The notes beneath the pieces were generated by a model, which was not told the DNA's origin, did no database searches, and was given only the letters and a program-made list of their open reading frames with translations. A stretch of DNA of 64,000 bases from a virus. Of the stretch, positions 9,773-18,141 are shown in pieces (position 1 is the first letter of the stretch; the number at the start of each line of letters is the position of its first letter). The stretch lies in UHGV virus genome UHGV-1366828, one strand, 5' to 3'. The position numbers were made by a program, and so were the translations under genes.

Positions 9773-10030
9773 TTACTCAGATTTTATTAGTTTTATCAGA
9801 TAGTAGACATGAGTAATCAAACAAATAACATTCAGAAGTACGGTGCTGAAAGACCCAATCCAAAATCCGTACAGGATCATCAGGACACTTCCTGTGAGGT
9901 TAAGCAACCGCATACGAATATTTCCGCTTCTACTATCAGATTTAACTGTCATAGAGAGCAGGACAAAACCTGACGCAAAAATTCCTAGTGCTTCTCTAAG
10001 GGTTACATTTTGAACTATATTCACTAACAT
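9773..10030 (-). CDS. small 3-TM membrane protein, first gene of the deazapurine operon
   Basis: 85 aa, hydrophobic segments; directly downstream of a strong promoter. Confidence 0.4.
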   Translation of the reverse strand: MLVNIVQNVTLREALGIFASGFVLLSMTVKSDSRSGNIRMRLLNLTGSVLMILYGFWIGSFSTVLLNVICLITHVYYLIKLIKSE

Positions 10031-10088
10031 CCTCCTAAAATGTATACTTGCTACGTCATTGAATCACTCCCTACATATTATACAACAT

Positions 10089-10117
10089 ATTATAGTGTAT
10101 TCTTTAACGTTCTTCAA
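10089..10117 (-). promoter_or_regulatory. sigma-70-type promoter TTGAAG-N17-TATAAT (minus strand), plus a second TGTTGTATAAT extended -10 just downstream
   Basis: minus-strand TTGAAGAACGTTAAAGAATACACTATAAT; sits between the polA stop and the membrane-protein gene. Confidence 0.5.
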
Positions 10118-11200
10118 CTTAATAGCTGAGTTAACTGTTCAGAAGTTAGCTCACTATGTCCTTCTAAAAGTTTATTGAAAGCTTCTTCTTTTGACACTCC
10201 AGAGTCTATAAGCTTCTGCAACTCTTGTTTTAATATGTCTCCGAAGTCATCTTCATACCAACAATTTACAATATATCCGTCGCACTTGAACGGTACTTGC
10301 ACCTTATCTGCAACAGAGGTTTTCATAACATAGGTCAAACGATTCATAACAGCTTCAGCGTTTTGCTTGGGGCATTCTACAATAACTTCATCATGAATCT
10401 GAAGTACTAGTTTAGCTCCTAGACGATTTAACTCTTCATCGTCAAATACTTTACGCATACATACCTTGGTCATCGAAGCTGCTCCGCCCTGGATACGAGC
10501 ATTTACGCACTGTCTTTCAGCCTGGCTTATAAATGCCCCATTGTCAACAATGTAGATGCCGTCCTTTTCCGCTTCTTGCTGAATCTTTTGATAGTCATTA
10601 CGCGATTTAACTTTTGAAAGTTTTTTCTTATACGACTCAACAAGGGCTGCAGAAGAATCGTTTACTTTACCCAACGTATAAAGAATCGGATTAAACTCCG
10701 TACTGGGCTTAGTGTTCTTTACTGTATACTTTGGAAGAAGTATGTCAGGCAATCTTCTACGTCTTCCCCAAAGGTCTTCTACATAACCAGTGACTTTTGC
10801 ATCTTTCTCTGTTTTCTCAGTCCACTCTTTAACCTTTGGAAACTGGTTATAAAAATCATTGATAATCTGTTGAGCTTCTTCTACAGTTGAATGAATCTGC
10901 TCGGCAATACTAGGAGCTCCTCTGCCATACATTATTCCAAGAATTAGACTTTTACAGTTACTACGTCTTTTCTTGCCTTCCGGATTAGGAGTTCCATCCT
11001 GACGATGCTCCATATTATCCCAGTAGTCGTTCTTGTATACAACAGACGCAACTGTAGCGTACAGATCCTTGTTTTCCTTATATGCAGCTATCATTGTATC
11101 GTCATTGGAATACGCAGACAAAAGACGGGGTTCCTGCTGCAACTACGAGAAGTCAGCTCCAACAAACACATTAGTCGTTCTAGTTCTGACTTTACTCATG
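10114..11200 (-). CDS. polA: family-A DNA polymerase, C-terminal segment (motifs A, B, C). It has its own SD-ATG (GAGGGGGTGATTAC-ATG, MSKVRTRTTNVFVGADFS) and one in-frame TAG at the motif-A Gln position
   Basis: GADFS[TAG]LQQEPRLL (cf. DYSQIELRIL); RRSNCKSLILGIMYGRGAPSIA (motif B, cf. RRSAKAINFGLIYGMSAFGLA); LVLQIHDEVIVE (motif C). Confidence 0.6.
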
Positions 11201-11258
11201 TAATCACCCCCTCGTTCAACTTTAATTTTCTCCGCATGAATTTTTCTTCTTTCCGTTT

Positions 11259-11519
11259 TTAATTAAAAAGGAATTTTATATCATTGCCTACATTGAAAAT
11301 ATTAGTGATAGTTCTTTGTGAGTATACTCCGTCATCTTCTATACTACACAGAGTATCTCCAACTGCAAGTTCGTCTGCTCTTTTCCATACACTAGGGCTT
11401 ATTTCTACTTCATCAGCAGCGGACACAGTAATAGAATTATTTTCAACTTCCGTGTCTTTTATACGTGTTCCTGCAGTAAACATCAATCGTATTTCTTTCG
11501 TATGAGACGGGATATTTTG
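11259..11519 (-). CDS. polA: family-A DNA polymerase exon 2 (QNIPSHTKEIRLMFTAG...) followed by ~64 non-polymerase codons ending in TAA
   Basis: starts exactly at QNIP, the continuation of PNL in exon 1; IRLMFTAG matches IRRAF(x)A. Confidence 0.5.
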   Translation of the reverse strand, partial: QNIPSHTKEIRLMFTAGTRIKDTEVENNSITVSAADEVEISPSVWKRADELAVGDTLCSIEDDGVYSQRTITNIFNVGNDIKFLFN

Positions 11520-11782
11520 CATTATGTTATCGTTAAGCTCTTTATCTTAACTTCTGTGACTATTTAGTATTCATCACAGTTCAGACTATATCATCAACTT
11601 GTAAAACAAGTTGCTGTGCGCTCGTGGAAGAATTATTGATATTAACTCTCATCTTCTAGTCGTTGCACCTTCAAGAAGATTTCCTTCTTGCTTGGCTCAG
11701 AGTTGTAGCATACAAGACTAAACTATTTTCTCTGAATTCACACAGTTTTCATATACTGTCGCCAGTATACGCCTCCATTGGA
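11520..11782 (-). other. group I self-splicing intron (ORF-less, ~263 nt) in polA between the PNL and QNIP codons
   Basis: exon 1 ends in U, intron ends in G; P1 candidate cctt|t with GGAGG internal guide; R-like CAACGACUAGAAG; S-like GAUGAUAUAGUCUGA (cf. AAGAUAUAGUCC); stops in all frames. Confidence 0.55.
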
Positions 11783-13138
11783 TTAAAGGTTCGGGTTACT
11801 AGAGCTGAATCTACCTGTACCTGCCCCAAGCTGATTAAAATGCGCGTGCAACCGATTATCTTTACTGTTTACACATTCCGGAATCTTGTCTATATACGTT
11901 CCGATCAGTTTTTCAAGGCCGCGTTTTTCAAGAATCAAATCGCATATTGGAAGCTTGATTTTCTGAAGAATTTCTTCTCCTGTTCCTCGAGGAGCTTTCT
12001 TGTCCTGTGCGGGTGTTCCTAGTATGTCATACAACAGAATTGCAAGCTGTGTAGGACTATTTAACTGCGGAGGATTTTCTAACTGTTCATTCTTTGACTT
12101 CTTGTAAGTAAATTCCCCCGCCTTATTAGGCTTTGAATTACGCTCTTTATAGTTTGCTTCTTTTGTCAATCTCCATGCAGATATCTTGTCAGAATACTTT
12201 GACAACTCCGTGTCAATCTTCGCGTTCACTTCGTCTACTTTTTTGTGGTACTTGTTGCTGAGTCTTTTCGCGTATTCTTTGTCAATCTCAATGCCATAAA
12301 GTTCCATTTCTGCGCACACGGGAACAACTGGCATTTCAACGTTCATAAACAGATCAAATAGCATTTCATTTCCAGGCTTATTAAACTGTTCCTTCTGCCA
12401 CTCATACAGTCTGTAAGTTATATAGGCATCCGTTGCTGCATACAAAGCAAAGATTTCGGGTCTAACATAAGCATACGGAATTCCTTGAAATAGATGCTCT
12501 ATATCATACTTTTCTTGAGTACTGTCAATATGAAGTATGTATTGTTTTTTCAAGCCTGCAAGCTCATTTTCATCGAGTATTCTTGCTGCTATTTCAGTGT
12601 CCCAATAAATATTCAGAACACAATTACAAGTACACTTGATAACCTCATAGTCAAACTTTCCGTTATGCATGAGAATCTGTGTGTTGGAAAGACGGTCAAA
12701 CTGCTCTTTGATATCTAGCTCTGTAAGCTGGTTCTCAATGAGAATGTCTGTGTCGGGTTGTGTATGATGAATAGGAATATATGCGCTAAGTTGACCCGGA
12801 GTATAGATACAGGCGCCCATAAGTAAACAAGTAAGAGGTTCAAGACTGTTATTTGTTTCTGTGTCTATAGCAATTATTCCGTTACGGATAGCTTCATCAA
12901 TATACTGTGACAACTCATCTTTTGATGTAATCACCTTTGTATTGGAAGTATATCCTCCGAGAACTCTGTTTACTTCTTCATAAATAAGCTGCAATTTGTC
13001 AAAGGTAGAAACTGTCTTTGACTTTATAGCCTTTCTAGTTTCTACCTTTGGGTCTTTAGGAGAACTGACCTTCTTTGCAACTTTCTTCACTTCCTTCTTT
13101 GCGGAAGGAACTTCAAATTCATCTCCCCACAGGGACAT
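11783..13138 (-). CDS. polA: family-A DNA polymerase exon 1 (3'-5' exonuclease domain and N-terminal polymerase domain up to ...GRFSSSNPNL)
   Basis: Exo I AIDTETN; GTGRFSSSNPNL matches Pol I TGRLSSSDPNL(QNIP). Confidence 0.75.
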   Translation of the reverse strand: MSLWGDEFEVPSAKKEVKKVAKKVSSPKDPKVETRKAIKSKTVSTFDKLQLIYEEVNRVLGGYTSNTKVITSKDELSQYIDEAIRNGIIAIDTETNNSLEPLTCLLMGACIYTPGQLSAYIPIHHTQPDTDILIENQLTELDIKEQFDRLSNTQILMHNGKFDYEVIKCTCNCVLNIYWDTEIAARILDENELAGLKKQYILHIDSTQEKYDIEHLFQGIPYAYVRPEIFALYAATDAYITYRLYEWQKEQFNKPGNEMLFDLFMNVEMPVVPVCAEMELYGIEIDKEYAKRLSNKYHKKVDEVNAKIDTELSKYSDKISAWRLTKEANYKERNSKPNKAGEFTYKKSKNEQLENPPQLNSPTQLAILLYDILGTPAQDKKAPRGTGEEILQKIKLPICDLILEKRGLEKLIGTYIDKIPECVNSKDNRLHAHFNQLGAGTGRFSSSNPNL

Positions 13139-13163
13139 AAGTCAATCTCCTTATTGTGTAGTA

Positions 13164-14069
13164 TTAGTTACGAACAGGTCGGCTGATTACCTGATTGGAA
13201 ACAGGAGGAGCATAATACTGCATCGGATTTCCCGTAGCAGGGGCCTGAGGAACAAAATGCGAGGGCATACCCGTAGGGGCTTGAGGAGCAACAGGCGTTC
13301 CAGTTGCAGGAACAAACTGGGGAGAGCTAGGCTGCGCTACAGGCGCAACCTGCGGCTGCGGGGTATACAGCTGAGGACCTCCTACGGAATTACCTGCAGG
13401 AGCAAACTGCGTTGCAGGCGGCGCATAATTGCCATTACCGTAAGACTGATTTTCCTTGGTCTCGTCTTCAGGCATACGACCCGTATTAACAAAGGTCGTC
13501 AGGTCAGCAAAACTCTTGTCCAGAACAATTGTACCTGTTGCAGAATAATCCCGGAAAGCCCCCTCAGGAACAGGATAATTCTGAGAAGGATAAATCTGTT
13601 CAGGGGCAAACAGGATATCATAGCTGGTATCCCGGCTTCCTGCTGCACCATTACGGTGAATCTTAAACAGATAATTCGACAACGGACCGTACTCGTTAAT
13701 CAGACTCTTAATACGAGTGGCATAGCTAAGTCCTCTAGCCCATACCTTAGGGACGGGAACAATATTCCCATTGCTGTCTCGAGAATACTCAATAAGGTGA
13801 ATAAACATAACATTCTGCGTATTGGCTCCAGTGGCGCAAAGGGGACAAGCTTCCATCGGATCTTTCGGATTACGGAGGCAGTTAACAGAACGGAACTTTC
13901 CGTTAATCGTCACCCCGTGAGTAGTAACAATGTCAAAAGATTTCACATCGTCATGCATAAAACGAACAAGTGCTTCGTCTCCGTCATTCTTAAGTGCAAA
14001 CGATTCAACATAATTAGGGTTGTTTGCAGACTGCATTTCAGTTGCTTCTTCAAAGGTTACACGTGCCAT
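13164..14069 (-). CDS. gp32-like single-stranded DNA-binding protein
   Basis: H-x12-C-x10-C-x2-C zinc site (TTHGVTINGKFRSVNCLRNPKDPMEACPLC) like T4 gp32 His64/Cys77/Cys87/Cys90; P/Q-rich low-complexity C-terminal tail. Confidence 0.5.
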   Translation of the reverse strand: MARVTFEEATEMQSANNPNYVESFALKNDGDEALVRFMHDDVKSFDIVTTHGVTINGKFRSVNCLRNPKDPMEACPLCATGANTQNVMFIHLIEYSRDSNGNIVPVPKVWARGLSYATRIKSLINEYGPLSNYLFKIHRNGAAGSRDTSYDILFAPEQIYPSQNYPVPEGAFRDYSATGTIVLDKSFADLTTFVNTGRMPEDETKENQSYGNGNYAPPATQFAPAGNSVGGPQLYTPQPQVAPVAQPSSPQFVPATGTPVAPQAPTGMPSHFVPQAPATGNPMQYYAPPVSNQVISRPVRN

Positions 14070-14151
14070 AGGTTCATAATCTCCTTCATTTCATTTTCAT
14101 TTCTTTAAGGTCTACGTTCTAACATCTATAATATTATAAAATCCTGCAAAA

Positions 14152-15111
14152 TCAACTTGTAAACGAATACTGAGAAATAAGTGGTAAATTTGCAATCTCT
14201 TCTGCTGACAAGTCGTTGCAGTCTTTTCCTCTGGGTAGTAGCATTATATCTACAAATACGTCTTTCCGTATATTAGTTAAAAATCTGTTTATTCCCTTGT
14301 CTCCTGCGTTATCTCCGTCAAAAGCAAGAATATAATGTCTTATCGGACACTTATTTAAAATATCATATTGCTCTTTAGCACCTGTTCCGATAAGAGCTAC
14401 AGCTGGATAGCCTAACGTGTTAAGATATAATGCGTTCAGCTGACTTTCACATATGAATACTGTGTCTTTACTCTCTTGTATCATAAAGTTTAGAAGGTAT
14501 ACAGGCTTCTTGACTCCTGGTGGAATAAAAAACTTCTTTCCCTTTACAGAGCGTTTTGTTACAAACTTTAGTCTTCCTCTTTCATCCCAAACAGGAAATG
14601 TTATGCTATCTGTTTGAGGGTCATACCCTACCTTGTATTTCAGTATAACTTCTTCAGAAAGTTTACGCTGAAACTGATAAGGATGAAAGTATGCAAAGTT
14701 ATTGAGGATTGACTCGTCAAGGAATTGCTCTTGTGATCTTTCAAGTTTTATTTCCGGCAATACAACTTGATGTTCAATAAAGATATTAGCATAGCGTTGT
14801 ATGAGCCATTCCTTACCGAATTCGTCATCTTTCCCAAAACAGTGCCCAACCAATGAATATAGAGGGACACTTATACCACAAGCAAAACAGTGTGTTATTC
14901 CCTTGACAGTGTCCTTGTCATCGTCTCTTGCAAATACAGTACAACTAGGGTGTTTCTCCTTGCCGTCTGAATGATAAGGGCATTGAATGAATATATTGTC
15001 TCCCTTGTCAATTATCTTGTTTAGATATCGACCGTTTGTTTCTCTGTTAATGTCTCTCAGTATGTCATATACAGGAGCATCAATTATTTTGTTACCAATA
15101 ATTAGTTCCAA
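14152..15111 (-). CDS. dnaG: DnaG-like DNA primase (CHC2 zinc finger plus TOPRIM)
   Basis: CPYHSDGKEKHPSC...CFACG zinc finger; TOPRIM ICESQLNALYL...ILAFDGDNAGDKG; begins with TTG immediately after the helicase TAA, in the same frame. Confidence 0.7.
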   Translation of the reverse strand: MELIIGNKIIDAPVYDILRDINRETNGRYLNKIIDKGDNIFIQCPYHSDGKEKHPSCTVFARDDDKDTVKGITHCFACGISVPLYSLVGHCFGKDDEFGKEWLIQRYANIFIEHQVVLPEIKLERSQEQFLDESILNNFAYFHPYQFQRKLSEEVILKYKVGYDPQTDSITFPVWDERGRLKFVTKRSVKGKKFFIPPGVKKPVYLLNFMIQESKDTVFICESQLNALYLNTLGYPAVALIGTGAKEQYDILNKCPIRHYILAFDGDNAGDKGINRFLTNIRKDVFVDIMLLPRGKDCNDLSAEEIANLPLISQYSFTS

Positions 15112-17421
15112 TTACAACACATCTTCTTCAAATTCTTTTGCTAATTCTTCTGAGCCCTCACCCGCCAAAGCGTTTCCTTCTTCAGGCAAATATTCAAATA
15201 CCCCTCGGTCAAAATTTGATGCATATCGAAGTTTTTGATTGTTTACAGCGTCTCTTGCCTTTGACAGATTAAGTGTCAGAATATCATCTTTCTGTTCAAG
15301 GAATATTACAATAGTACTATCCTGTGAAATTCTATCTGACTGTGCAATGTGACTTACATCAACACCCGAGGAAGTATCATTTCGATTCTGTTGAGAAACA
15401 GCGATGATTGGTATCTTCTCCATAACTTGAAGGTTTTTCAAATCTCTTGAAATGTTTGAAGCTTTTTCTACAGGATTTCTTGCCCTTCTATCATCTTCTA
15501 GTAAGGAGTGTTGGTCCACAAATAGAATGTCCAACTTGTCTTGTTCTATAAATGCCCTTAATGCAGTAACCCCTGCAGGCCCGTTAATGTCATTAGGTGT
15601 CAATACCTTGAAGGCAGTTGAAAACCTGTTACGCAACGAATCAATGTGCCGCTTATACTCGTTCTGTAGGTCTGCATTACCTCGAGTTATTCCATAGTTA
15701 GAAATGTGCCCCGACAAAGTATCAAATCGGTAGCCTACTTTATTTGTAGACATCTCACCAGAATACACTCCAACCGTCAACCCTTGTTCGAGAGCTGCAA
15801 CAGCGCATTTAAGAAGCACCCACGTATTATGCGTCAGTGTATTGTCCCATAGCATATATCTATGGTCTCCATCAAGCATAAATCCATAATATTCAATCTT
15901 TTCAACAGGTTCAATGTAGAACTTTGAAACTGCAGGATTATGACGACTATGCACAACATCGGACTTCTTCCGTTCAATCTTACAAGGAATTATGCCAACA
16001 GGACCTGTTATACTGATACTGTAATAAGGACCGTAATCCTTTCCATTATACTTTGAGTAAGACTCTTTAATTTTCCCAACTTTTAGTCCGACACCACGAC
16101 AAATCTGTGCAATATCCTCAACTAATTTTCTATTTTTCTGTGTCAGAGAATAACCTGAAACATCAGACTTATCTTTATACCTCCAAAGGCATTCTCCGTC
16201 AGTGTCTATTAACCCTGCCAGCAACTGCAACCGTTGTTCCTTGCTAGAAATGATATACTCGTGAGGTATATGTTTGTTGTTAAACAACTCTAACTCTTTG
16301 AATATTTCAAGTACGGGGTTTTTACCGCCCTTCTTTGTACCCTTAGTTACTTCCCAACCGAGAAGTCTGCCATTGAGATATTCTCTCGGAGAACAAACAA
16401 GCCCGTAATTTGCTGCAAAAGATGTCCAATAATTCTGGACTTCGACATCAGGGCAAGTCATCTCTACTCTACAAGCCGTGCCGTCTCCCAGCCAGGATCC
16501 AAGAATGTAGGGGTCTAGCTTCAAATGTTTTTCTGTGTAATCAACTGCCGGACGAAAGATTTTGTAATACTCTTGAGTACGTGGAGGCAAAGACATATAA
16601 TCCTCAATCTTCATGTCAACAAGAGTTTTCTCCCATGTAACAACCTTATCATGCTCGTGCGGAATGTTGGCATATAGAGTTAAAATATGGTCTGCGGAAA
16701 CAGTAAACGGTTCTCCTGAAGCGGGCACAATCTTATACCCATTGGACACTCCATTATGTAGACCTATTACTTTATTCACGCATTTATAACCTTGCACCTC
16801 ATCTCCGACGCGAACTTCTTCAACAGGTTTAGTAGTTCCGTCTGCCATTAGAACACGCGTTCCTTTTTCAAGACATTTGCCTACACCTGGACGTGCCGAT
16901 ATAGTAGCAAGCTCTTCATTTCTGTCCCAGCCACCAATCAATTTATCAAGCTCGTTGAACCCGGTTTTAACATAGTACTTTTCAAAATCTCTACAACGTT
17001 CAACATATGCATCGTATCTTGAAGTGTCTACAAGAAGGTCAGTTGATTGGAAATGCTTTGCTTTCACAACAGATTCCTGAGCTGTTGTGTAAACAGACAG
17101 TGCTTCGTCTACTTTGTTCTTCATCAAAAGGTCTCGTACCTTATTAAAGATTGTAGCCAGTAGACGTGTATTTCTATCTTTTACTAGTTCATCAATAAGA
17201 TAGTTATTAGGTTCTTCAACCTTTAGTACATCAAAATCCGGAAACTTTGCAACAAATGTTGCTACATCGGGAATTCTGCCGTAGTTATCAAAGTGTTCCT
17301 TTATGAAATGAAATTCATCTAGGTAATCACTGAAATATTCGTCATCAAGATTATTGCTAATAAGAAGTGACGAGTCGTTATTTGCCAGCATCTTATTGAG
17401 AACCTGCGCCTGAATAATCAA
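15112..17421 (-). CDS. dnaB: DnaB-family replicative helicase interrupted by an intein
   Basis: Walker A split: ARPGVGK|C...HN|TWVLL; H2-H4 motifs SGEMS, ILFVDQHSLL, IIAVSQQNRN. Confidence 0.8.
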   Translation of the reverse strand: MIIQAQVLNKMLANNDSSLLISNNLDDEYFSDYLDEFHFIKEHFDNYGRIPDVATFVAKFPDFDVLKVEEPNNYLIDELVKDRNTRLLATIFNKVRDLLMKNKVDEALSVYTTAQESVVKAKHFQSTDLLVDTSRYDAYVERCRDFEKYYVKTGFNELDKLIGGWDRNEELATISARPGVGKCLEKGTRVLMADGTTKPVEEVRVGDEVQGYKCVNKVIGLHNGVSNGYKIVPASGEPFTVSADHILTLYANIPHEHDKVVTWEKTLVDMKIEDYMSLPPRTQEYYKIFRPAVDYTEKHLKLDPYILGSWLGDGTACRVEMTCPDVEVQNYWTSFAANYGLVCSPREYLNGRLLGWEVTKGTKKGGKNPVLEIFKELELFNNKHIPHEYIISSKEQRLQLLAGLIDTDGECLWRYKDKSDVSGYSLTQKNRKLVEDIAQICRGVGLKVGKIKESYSKYNGKDYGPYYSISITGPVGIIPCKIERKKSDVVHSRHNPAVSKFYIEPVEKIEYYGFMLDGDHRYMLWDNTLTHNTWVLLKCAVAALEQGLTVGVYSGEMSTNKVGYRFDTLSGHISNYGITRGNADLQNEYKRHIDSLRNRFSTAFKVLTPNDINGPAGVTALRAFIEQDKLDILFVDQHSLLEDDRRARNPVEKASNISRDLKNLQVMEKIPIIAVSQQNRNDTSSGVDVSHIAQSDRISQDSTIVIFLEQKDDILTLNLSKARDAVNNQKLRYASNFDRGVFEYLPEEGNALAGEGSEELAKEFEEDVL
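15826..16875 (-). mobile_element. intein (350 aa) with LAGLIDADG homing endonuclease in the DnaB P-loop
   Basis: Cys1 (CLEKGTRVLMADG), LAGLIDTDG, C-terminal THN followed by Thr+1; excision restores GVGKTWVLL. Confidence 0.7.
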
Positions 17422-18134
17422 ACAGTCACCCCCAACGGACGTTTATCTTGACCATCGAAACGAATCTTTTCTGCTGTGTTGAATATACGACTTGCAATAC
17501 GTTCTCCAACAGTATTTACAAGACCTTCATAATCAAGATTTGACGTAAAGATATTTGCTTTACCATCATTTATTCTGGTATCAATTATATTGAACAGAAT
17601 TTCATGCTCATACGAAGTAGCAGATTTTGTTGCAATATCGTCAAAAACAACAATGTCCGCGGAGTTAACATATCTTTTAATGTGCTGAGCATATTCATTA
17701 ACTTCAGATATGTTGTCTTTCATGGCAATAAGATACTTTGGCACACTTACAAACAACACTTTACAATCAAGGTCACACTTGTACCATATGTTCTGTAGAT
17801 ACGCTTGACACAATCTTATCGCCCAAGTGGTTTTCCCATTTCCTACATTTGTAGAGTATATGTATAGATTGTTTCCTGAATATGCGAAGTACTTTACAAC
17901 GTCCCCTTCAATACTACTCAAACGCTGAAAGGCTTGTAAATCAGTCCCGTCGGCATCAACATATAGTGGTATACGAGTTCTTTGTTTTTCTGTTATCAAC
18001 GACAAGTCATAGAGCTGTTGTAGCTTAAACAGCTTGATACAGAAAACATCCTTTTCTCTGCATTCGCATTCTTTGTTTATATTTTGATACTTCTTACACG
18101 TATCTTTCATCCAACAATCATTGCTGGTAATCAA
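17418..18134 (-). CDS. DnaC/IstB-like AAA+ helicase loader with N-terminal Cys-rich segment
   Basis: Walker A NVGNGKTTWAI, Walker B IVVFDDIATK, TSNL sensor; ATGA overlap with dnaB. Confidence 0.5.
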   Translation of the reverse strand: MITSNDCWMKDTCKKYQNINKECECREKDVFCIKLFKLQQLYDLSLITEKQRTRIPLYVDADGTDLQAFQRLSSIEGDVVKYFAYSGNNLYIYSTNVGNGKTTWAIRLCQAYLQNIWYKCDLDCKVLFVSVPKYLIAMKDNISEVNEYAQHIKRYVNSADIVVFDDIATKSATSYEHEILFNIIDTRINDGKANIFTSNLDYEGLVNTVGERIASRIFNTAEKIRFDGQDKRPLGVTV

Positions 18135-18141
18135 ATAAAAA

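Noticed and set aside
11259-11470. The ~64 non-polymerase codons after IRLMFTAG interpreted as a mini-intein
   Set aside because: They start with Thr not Cys/Ser, lack a terminal His-Asn, and are followed by a stop and a frame change. Not a functional intein.
12996-14108. 370-aa plus-strand ORF, with other plus-strand ORFs such as 426..917, 9258..9803, 19142..19708 and 43493..44062
   Set aside because: All lie antisense to minus-strand genes with recognisable conserved motifs (polA, SSB, YhhQ, kinase-HD, fibre). They are Arg/Ser-rich or low-complexity with no SD. Treated as frame-shadow ORFs.
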